A DNA stretch of 64,000 nucleotides, from contig CP170459.1 of the NCBI GenBank assembly GCA_047947115.1, positions 2,880,001 to 2,944,000 on the forward strand, given 5' to 3'. Positions 54,434-61,238 of this stretch are shown piece after piece. The DNA comes from Verrucomicrobiota bacterium (GTDB taxonomy: Bacteria > Verrucomicrobiota > Verrucomicrobiia > Limisphaerales > AAA164-E04). Both the position numbers and the translations under genes were made by a program. The notes below the pieces were generated by a model that searched no databases, had not been told where the DNA came from, and saw nothing but the letters and a program-made list of their open reading frames with translations. The stretch's first letter is position 1. Each line of letters starts with the position of its first letter.

Positions 54434-54745
54434 TCAGTCCGATTCGCGATTGAGTCGAACGATCTCTTCCAGCAGGTTGATGTAATCCTCAAACGAGCGT
54501 ATGCCTTCTTTGGTGAGGCGGTAGCTGGTGTGAGGTCGATTGTTGACAAATGTCTTGGAAACCACGACGTAGCCTGCCTGTTGCAGGGTGCGTATGTGGA
54601 CACTGAGATTGCCATCCGTCATGCCAAGCATTTCTTTGAGCTCCCTGAACGACATTTCGGAGCTGGATGCCAGGATGGACATGATGGCCATGCGCCCCTT
54701 TTCGTGGATAACCTTGTCCAGTTGGTTGAACGTCTCTGTTTTCAT
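54434..54745 (-). CDS. Winged-helix transcriptional regulator (HTH_34-like)
   Basis: LDKVIHEKGRMAIM, MTDGNLSVH, YRLT..G. Confidence 0.9.
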   Translation of the reverse strand: MKTETFNQLDKVIHEKGRMAIMSILASSSEMSFRELKEMLGMTDGNLSVHIRTLQQAGYVVVSKTFVNNRPHTSYRLTKEGIRSFEDYINLLEEIVRLNRESD

Positions 54746-55380
54746 GGTTGGTTGGTTGGTTGGGGTTCGGTCAAAAACAAATAGATTCCGTAAAACAAAT
54801 GCAGGATTCCGAAGGATGCTCCCATGACGATGTGGGCATGAACAATGCGGGGAAGGGAGCCTTCAACGGATTCCTTGGTGAAATGATAAATGGAAATGAC
54901 TCCACACAAAACGAATAGAGTGCCGAACAACTTGATCCCCCGATGCATGAAAAAGCCCGCCGAGAACAAAGCACAACCGTAGAACATCATCCATAGCGGA
55001 GGCACTTTCCACAGGAACGTTTTGTCCAGTTCAGACATGCTCATGCCCAGAAAACCGATCATCCCTCCGGCAAACAAAGCCGGGCAAAGCGCCTGAAACA
55101 CTCTGCGTGTCGGGGGGGACCACATCGGTTCCTCGTCCTTCCATGCCTGGCGGCGTATCAGAAGAAATGAAAACAACAGCGCAATGACACCCGTGACCAT
55201 CCACAACAAGCAGAATCCGGAGCCCGTTTCCACAGGAAAAGTCCACCCGATCAAACCAGCGAGAATACCAATCGCCCCGGTCCCGGTCATCGTCGGAGCC
55301 AGGGCACGACGATACAACGCCGAACGCTCCATCAAGGTTCGAATCTCAGCAAGTCGCTGTGCTGCCCAGTTGGCATCCAT
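54742..55380 (-). CDS. Multi-pass membrane protein translationally coupled to the wHTH regulator
   Basis: L.EIR.LMERS N-terminus, about six TM segments, FGILHLFYG. Stop overlaps the regulator start. Confidence 0.82.
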   Translation of the reverse strand: MDANWAAQRLAEIRTLMERSALYRRALAPTMTGTGAIGILAGLIGWTFPVETGSGFCLLWMVTGVIALLFSFLLIRRQAWKDEEPMWSPPTRRVFQALCPALFAGGMIGFLGMSMSELDKTFLWKVPPLWMMFYGCALFSAGFFMHRGIKLFGTLFVLCGVISIYHFTKESVEGSLPRIVHAHIVMGASFGILHLFYGIYLFLTEPQPTNQP

Positions 55381-55392
55381 AAGACCTGTATA

Positions 55393-55420
55393 CTTTGCGT
55401 TACAAAGCAATAGATGTCAA
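55393..55420 (-). promoter_or_regulatory. Promoter (-35 TTGACA) overlapped by palindrome CTTTG-N5-CAAAG
   Basis: TTGACA on the minus strand at 55415-55420; palindrome at 55393-55407, 12 nt upstream of ATG 55380. Confidence 0.6.
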
Positions 55421-55496
55421 ATGTGATCTTTTCTGAGACCTTTCCATTACAAGCCCAGGCGTCACGGTTCGATCATTGACATGGTAAAGGAATGGT

Positions 55497-56108
55497 TCAG
55501 TCCTTTTTGATCGCTCTCATGGCCTTGACGAGATCGTCCAGGGGGGGGCGCTTGTTGATGTCGTGGATGTCGATCCATTGTATGATGCCTTTTTTATCGA
55601 TAAGAAAGAGGGCGCGTTCGGAGACTCCGCTTCTTCGAAGAATGCCATAGTTTCCTGCCACTTCTCCGTGGGGATAAAAGTCTGATAGCACTTCAAACCA
55701 CAACCCTCCCATTTCTTTTGTCCACGCATGCAGAGTGGGGATGTTGTCCACAGTGATGCCAATGAGGATGGTGTCTGTTTCATCGAAGTATTCTTTGGCT
55801 AAATGATACCCTGGCCACTGAGCCGAACAGACCGGGGTCCATGCCGCGGGAACGAACGAGAGGACAACATTCTTTTTTTCACGGTATTGGGAGAGGGTTG
55901 TTTTCCCACCCTTCAGGGAAGGAAGTGTGAAGTTGGGCGCGGGTGTGTGGATGGCGACTTTCAGCTTGCTGTCGGTCGGTTTCAGGATTCCTGGATCGTA
56001 AATATTGTCTTGGTTTACCTGGCCGGTGGCAAGATGGGGCAGACAAATGAAAAGCGTGCTGAGGCAAGCGAGCGGAATGAGGCGGTGGATGGTGGAGTTT
56101 TCGTTCAT
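55497..56108 (-). CDS. Exported AhpC/TSA family peroxiredoxin (AhpE-like)
   Basis: Signal peptide, APNFTL, PAAWTPVC (PxxxTxxC), SERALFLID. Confidence 0.88.
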   Translation of the reverse strand: MNENSTIHRLIPLACLSTLFICLPHLATGQVNQDNIYDPGILKPTDSKLKVAIHTPAPNFTLPSLKGGKTTLSQYREKKNVVLSFVPAAWTPVCSAQWPGYHLAKEYFDETDTILIGITVDNIPTLHAWTKEMGGLWFEVLSDFYPHGEVAGNYGILRRSGVSERALFLIDKKGIIQWIDIHDINKRPPLDDLVKAMRAIKKD

Positions 56109-56114
56109 GGCGGG

Positions 56115-56726
56115 TTATTCCATCTGTTGAGTGGTCAGCGACAAAACCAAACCGGTGAATAGGTCAACGTCTTCTTTTGAAAAGTAGCCGATTTTCTGTT
56201 GGATGATTTGATAATCCTTTCCGTCTTTTTTCAGGATCATGACATGTGGTGTGTGCGTCACCGGAATTGCCTGGGCGAACAAGGCCGAAGGGTCGGGAAG
56301 CAGGGGAAAGGCTACTTGGAGATTTCGTCGAAAAGTGTCTGTTTCCAGTGCGGTGTTTTCTTTACCTATCCCCATCATGCATACCCATGCATTGAATGGA
56401 GGCCCACTTAGATTGGAGTGCAGGATGTTCAGGTTTTCCGCCGATGATTGGCAGATGTGGCAGTAAAAATCAAAGACCTCCACGACGAGTATCCTGCAGT
56501 CCATCTGGTTGACTTGGAAGTGTGCTGCTTCCTTCAGGTGGGTCAAACCCAGTTGTGTTCGATCTGTCGGGTTGTCCGGCAGGGGAATGGGGATGTTACC
56601 AATGGGCACCGAGTTCAGTGAGTTCGGAATTTGGCTGGTCGGAGTGGTTTCGCATGCGGACAGCAGGAGGAGCATGGCTGTGCATGTCGATAGCAAACTT
56701 GCCGGTTTTTTGTTGATAACGGTCAT
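56115..56726 (-). CDS. Thioredoxin-fold CxxC lipoprotein (TlpA-like)
   Basis: Lipobox LSAC, VEVFDFYCHIC, FPLLPD, THTP (cis-Pro). Confidence 0.75.
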   Translation of the reverse strand: MTVINKKPASLLSTCTAMLLLLSACETTPTSQIPNSLNSVPIGNIPIPLPDNPTDRTQLGLTHLKEAAHFQVNQMDCRILVVEVFDFYCHICQSSAENLNILHSNLSGPPFNAWVCMMGIGKENTALETDTFRRNLQVAFPLLPDPSALFAQAIPVTHTPHVMILKKDGKDYQIIQQKIGYFSKEDVDLFTGLVLSLTTQQME

Positions 56727-56728
56727 GG

Positions 56729-58050
56729 CTAACTGATTGGGAGGAAGGTGCCTGTCCTTCCTCCCTGGAATGTTTCTTCCGCGTAGAATCTCCAATTTAA
56801 TGAGAAATCGAGCCCATTCTCACGGAGATCAGATGTCATGGTGGTTGGTCGTCCGAACAGAGCGGTGCCGGATTCCACGATTTCGTTTTCAAATGCATGC
56901 ATGTAAGCCAGGCTTGCTCCAAACTTCTGGGTGAATTGATAGGTCAACCCCAAGGTTAAATGATGCTCCACAACTGCCGGGAAACCTGTGATACGAAACG
57001 TTTCGTAGTAATAGTTGGGGATATTTTTTCCTTGGACATTTGTGAATCCGGGCGCCCAGTTGGAATGTTTTTTGAGAGGGCTTGCTCCGTAGTTGTATCC
57101 GGCGGACACGTAGCATTTGTCCCGAAGAACGGCGTAGCGGAATCCCAGTCCAACAGTCCATTGATCTTTCCAATCAAAGTCCGAGTAGCCGTCCGCATCG
57201 GACCAATTGATCCATCGGGTGTTGAGTTCCGCAATCAGTCGTCGATCCAGTAATTCAACGGCGACACCCAATCCAATATTGTTCGGAGATTGCAGCTTGA
57301 GGTCGTCCATGGCTCCATCCCCGTCGAAGTCGTTCACATCCTCGTGTTTGATGCCCTGTGGACTGATGTAGGATATTCCAAAGGTGACTCTGTCGGTTGC
57401 TTTGTAAACGAGCCCAGGCTGCATGCCGAAACCAAATCCGGAAGCCATGCCCATTCCCAGGTCGAGCATACCATAACTTGCCTGAAGGCCCAGCCCGACA
57501 GAGAGCTTCTGGTTCACCATGTATGCAATTGATGGTGAAAATTTCATCACCGACAGGTTGGTATATTTCCGGCAACCAGGGGGAAGGCTCCTCCGGGAGT
57601 CACGAAAGCGCCGGGGGCATCAACTGCTGTTCCCTTATAATTGACGCCCATCCCTGAAACGCCATAAGCGGCAAATCCAAAACGCCACTGCTGCGGGTTT
57701 TTGCTGAACGGAACGGAGATGCCGATGGCTGGAATGGGGTAAACGGTTGATTGGCTCTTGGCTGCGAAGGTGCCGTCAGGGTTTGTGATGCGTGTTTTGA
57801 TGGTTGGTATGAAGAGTGTGCCGGAAAAATTGACCTCCGAGGAGGGACAGAAGGATCCGTAGCACATGGAGGCCGGGTTTTGAAAAACGGCGCTGATGGC
57901 GTCCATGGGCAGGGCGATTCCGACCCCTCCCATGGATCTGGAAACGGGGCCGACAGCGATCAAGTTGTCCCCATTGGTAGCCGACAGAGAGGGTGCCAGC
58001 GCTGCCATGCCCGACGCAGCCAGGGCCATGATGTGTTGATAAAGTTTCAT
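56729..58050 (-). pseudogene. FadL/OmpP1/TodX-family outer-membrane channel, frameshifted
   Basis: Signal peptide plus ATNG...SRSMGG..A...D...NPA hatch motif in ORF 57547..58050, continued by barrel strands in ORF 56729..57550. One base is missing near 57570, and the terminal WRF is followed by TAC rather than a stop. Confidence 0.82.
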
Positions 58051-58165
58051 GATTTTCCTTTCTTGCTTTCAGGGTTGGTGCGTTCCAGTTTGTCACCTTC
58101 AATTTACCGTCCGGACTGGAACGCGTGTTAAATGTTCAGTGGTTTCATTCGAGGGATTCGAAGAT

Positions 58166-58663
58166 TCATGTGAAAATGATCTGGGCGTCATTGGAAATCT
58201 CGTAAAATTCACCTACTGTCAGCACTTTGTCCACTTCGGGACAAAAATCGTCCATACTCAGATTAAACATGTCCACGGTTGCTTTGCATGCATAGATGGT
58301 TCCACCGGCATCATGGATCATCTCGATGAATTCACTGACCGGAGGGATATCCAGTTTGTCCATTTCCTTTTTCATCATGGAGGTGGCAAAGGCTGACACA
58401 CCGGGGATGGCGCCCATCCAGGTGGGCATGGACATTCCCATGGGAGTTGGAAAGCACAGGGCTGGATTGCCGACAGTGGCGACTTTCAGGTGATCCATCT
58501 TTTTCTTCACGATGGCGTGCAGTCCGAAGAAAGTGAAAAAGAGGGATGCTTCAATCCCTTCCATGCGCGCGCCATTTGCCATGATCAATCCGGGGTACAC
58601 ATTTTCCAGTGAACCTTTGGATACGACGATGGACACTTTTTTCAATTTGGATGTTTCAGACAT
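58166..58663 (-). CDS. DsrE2/DrsE-like sulfurtransferase
   Basis: LFFTFFGL and IYACKATVDM with the conserved Cys. Confidence 0.88.
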   Translation of the reverse strand: MSETSKLKKVSIVVSKGSLENVYPGLIMANGARMEGIEASLFFTFFGLHAIVKKKMDHLKVATVGNPALCFPTPMGMSMPTWMGAIPGVSAFATSMMKKEMDKLDIPPVSEFIEMIHDAGGTIYACKATVDMFNLSMDDFCPEVDKVLTVGEFYEISNDAQIIFT

Positions 58664-58689
58664 AATGATTTCTCTTTCTCAATAGTTTG

Positions 58690-59004
58690 TTAAACGCAGC
58701 TTGCTGGTTTGGGGTAGCCGGAAATCATCGCTGCGGTTTTGATGGGTTTGTCCGGAAACAATTCGTAGAGCTCTTTGGTTGGGATGTTGCCAACTTTCTT
58801 GATGCGTCTGATGCCTGGAACGACTCCTTTTTCCTTGAAGTCGCGGTCAATGAAATCGATGACCTTCCAATGGGCATCCGTCAGTTCGATGTTCATTTCC
58901 CTGGCAAGGGCGGTTGCGATTTCCTTGTCCCACTGGGAGTGATCGGTCAGGTAACCTTCTTCATCGACGTTGATGGATTTTCCTAAGATATCTTTTGTTG
59001 CCAT
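58690..59004 (-). CDS. TusE/DsrC family sulfur relay protein
   Basis: VDEEGYL, LTDAHWKVI, LYELFP, C-terminal PKPASCV. Confidence 0.93.
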   Translation of the reverse strand: MATKDILGKSINVDEEGYLTDHSQWDKEIATALAREMNIELTDAHWKVIDFIDRDFKEKGVVPGIRRIKKVGNIPTKELYELFPDKPIKTAAMISGYPKPASCV

Positions 59005-59040
59005 ATTGTTTGTTCTTTCTTTGTTCAGAGTTCAAAAATG

Positions 59041-60303
59041 TTATGCTGCGTTGTGTTGATTGGTTTTGCTTGGGATTTCCTTTCCGAGCCGTGTCATGTG
59101 GGGGGAGATGCCAGGCATGGGACGTGCCGGGAGGAGGATGTTCCAGTAGACCCATCGGAAGGCCATTTTGCCGATGTGATTTAATCGGCTTTCCCTTAAC
59201 AATTTCATCGGGCCGATGCCGGGCAGGGGGAAGGTGCCGGGGACCGGTTCCTGTTCGTAATTGAAGTCCAGCAGGATGGCCTTGTTGTGGCCGGATTCCA
59301 CAAAGCAGTTGGCATGGCCGTCAAAGCGGGCGTTCAACGCTTCATCCTTCATGTAGGAGAGGATGTTTTGAGTGAGGATTTCCGCCTCGAAATGAGTAAC
59401 CGAGCCTGCCTTGGATGTGGGCAGATCGGTGGCATCGCCCAGCACAAAGATGTTGGAATGAGCTTTGGATTGCAGTGTGTGGGCGTCGGTTGGGATGAAA
59501 TTCAATTCATCCCCCAAACCGGAGCGATCCACCATGTCGGAACCCATGTTGGTGGGAACAGTGACCAGCAAATCGTAGTCCACGGATTCATCACCCCAGC
59601 TCAACACGCGTTTGGCATCATGGTCGACCCGGCTGATATTGAAATCCGTCACCACTCGAATGTTCTTATCCTCCAACATGTGCGAGAGCATCTTGGATGC
59701 GGTCGGTTTGGTGAATGCGCTGGATAGTGGGGTGACGTAGGTGATTTCGGTCCTGTTTCTGATGCCTCGTTGTCCCAACCACCAATCTGCAAGAAAGGCA
59801 AATTCCAGTGGAGCAACCGGGCACTTGATGGGCATCTCGGCGATGTGCACCACGAGTTTGCCTCCATTGAAATGCCTCATGGTTTCCGCAAGTTTGCTGG
59901 AGCCTTCGAAGGTGTAAAAATCATGCACGTTTTTACCCCATCCCGGTCCGGTGAGATCTTCCACCTCCTCGGGAGCAGGATGGCACCCTGTTGCAATAAT
60001 CAAAATGTCATAGTTCAGCTCACTGCCGTTTTGCAGCAGCACTTTGTTATGGTCTCCATTCACTCGGTCGATGCCTGCCTGAATGTATTGAACACCTTTG
60101 CCGACGAATTTTTTCTTCGGTTGGACCACATCCGATGGTTCATAAATCCCAAACGGGATGAAGAGAAAACCAGGTTGGTAATAATGATGGGGCTCCTCGT
60201 CCACGATGCTGATGGTCCACTGATTGAGATCGATTTGTTTCCTCAAATGATTGGCCATCATTGTGCCGGCTGTTCCGGCGCCTAAGATTAGAAGATTTTT
60301 CAT
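59041..60303 (-). CDS. sqr: Sulfide:quinone oxidoreductase (likely type III-like)
   Basis: ILGAGTAG, HYYQPG, IKCPVAPLEF, LGDA, SKAG, DGHANCF and an amphipathic C-terminus. Confidence 0.88.
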   Translation of the reverse strand: MKNLLILGAGTAGTMMANHLRKQIDLNQWTISIVDEEPHHYYQPGFLFIPFGIYEPSDVVQPKKKFVGKGVQYIQAGIDRVNGDHNKVLLQNGSELNYDILIIATGCHPAPEEVEDLTGPGWGKNVHDFYTFEGSSKLAETMRHFNGGKLVVHIAEMPIKCPVAPLEFAFLADWWLGQRGIRNRTEITYVTPLSSAFTKPTASKMLSHMLEDKNIRVVTDFNISRVDHDAKRVLSWGDESVDYDLLVTVPTNMGSDMVDRSGLGDELNFIPTDAHTLQSKAHSNIFVLGDATDLPTSKAGSVTHFEAEILTQNILSYMKDEALNARFDGHANCFVESGHNKAILLDFNYEQEPVPGTFPLPGIGPMKLLRESRLNHIGKMAFRWVYWNILLPARPMPGISPHMTRLGKEIPSKTNQHNAA

Positions 60304-60644
60304 AGCTCGGTTCCTTCCGGTTTTAAGTAAGACTTGCGTAAAAATTGGAGCATCTGACCGAAGCGCTCATCGGCAAGGCGATAGAAAACGAACTTATTTT
60401 CCTTCCTCTTGGCGATGACTCCGGCAAGGGACAGAATGCGCAGTTGCTGTGAGATGTTGGACAGTTTTGTCTCGCCTAGAATTTCAGCGATATCGTTCAC
60501 ACAGAATTCGTCCTGTGACAGGATGCACAAGATTCGGAATCTTGATTTGTTCGAAATCAATTGGAACAGATCAATGACTTTGGAGCAGACCACATTGTTT
60601 TGTTCGAACTCTCGTTTGATTTGCGTTCCAAGCGCGTTCATCAT
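60300..60644 (-). CDS. ArsR/SmtB family regulator (BigR/SqrR-like)
   Basis: RFRILC, SNISQQLRIL, VFYRL. Stop overlaps the sqr start. Confidence 0.9.
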   Translation of the reverse strand: MMNALGTQIKREFEQNNVVCSKVIDLFQLISNKSRFRILCILSQDEFCVNDIAEILGETKLSNISQQLRILSLAGVIAKRKENKFVFYRLADERFGQMLQFLRKSYLKPEGTEL

Positions 60645-60652
60645 GTGAAAAC

Positions 60653-60676
60653 TTTAATATTTGTTAAAATGTTAAA
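60653..60676. promoter_or_regulatory. Putative ArsR operator (10-4-10 inverted repeat)
   Basis: TTTAATATTT-GTTA-AAATGTTAAA with 9 of 10 arm positions complementary, 8 nt upstream of the ArsR ATG. Confidence 0.6.
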
Positions 60677-60889
60677 CAACACCTTTATTGTTTTCGCGTT
60701 CGCACATTTTGGCTTTTTGGTATGCAGGCATATGCTTGGGATGGGGAGACATTTTGTTGATGCGAAAAATCCAAAAATCGTAGCGGCGGATTGGAACAGG
60801 CTGAGAATTTTTGAGGAATGTTTGTCTATGTTCGTGCAGTCAGGAAAAAAGTGTTTGCTCTCTATCTTCAAAAACGATGAAATCCGGTT

Positions 60890-61192
60890 ATGTTTTCACA
60901 TGTTGTGATTTTTTGGACGGATCCTGAGCAACCTAATGCGGCTCAGGAATTGATTGACGGGGCAAACAAGTATCTGCGGGATATTCCCGGTGCTTTGCAT
61001 TTCCATGTGGGCCGCATGGCGACCAGTGAGCGTCCGGTGGTGGATCAGTCCTATCAGGTGGCTTTGAACATTGTCTTCGAGGACAAGGCCACCCAGGATG
61101 CTTACCAGGTACACCCTGAGCACGTGAAGTTTGTTGAAGAGGTTTTCAAGCGCGTTTGTAAGCGAGTGGTGATCTACGATTTCGAAGATTAA
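60890..61192 (+). CDS. Dabb family stress-responsive alpha/beta barrel protein
   Basis: HVVIFW, IPG, YQVHPEH, YDF. Confidence 0.9.
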   Translation: MFSHVVIFWTDPEQPNAAQELIDGANKYLRDIPGALHFHVGRMATSERPVVDQSYQVALNIVFEDKATQDAYQVHPEHVKFVEEVFKRVCKRVVIYDFED

Positions 61193-61238
61193 TCGTGATC
61201 GATTTCAGGCCGTTTCGAATCTGCGCGTTCGAGACGGC

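Noticed and set aside
54352..54615. N-terminal extension of ispH
   Set aside because: Overlaps the wHTH gene; IspH homology begins at MNIQTAKHMGLCFGV.
58166..59004. Evidence for reverse-Dsr sulfur oxidation or sulfate reduction
   Set aside because: No dsrAB, dsrEFH or dsrMKJOP in the window, and the DsrC-like protein lacks the second cysteine.
60641..60908. Short ORFs in the ArsR-Dabb intergenic region
   Set aside because: AT-rich divergent promoter region containing the operator; the translations show no protein-like features.
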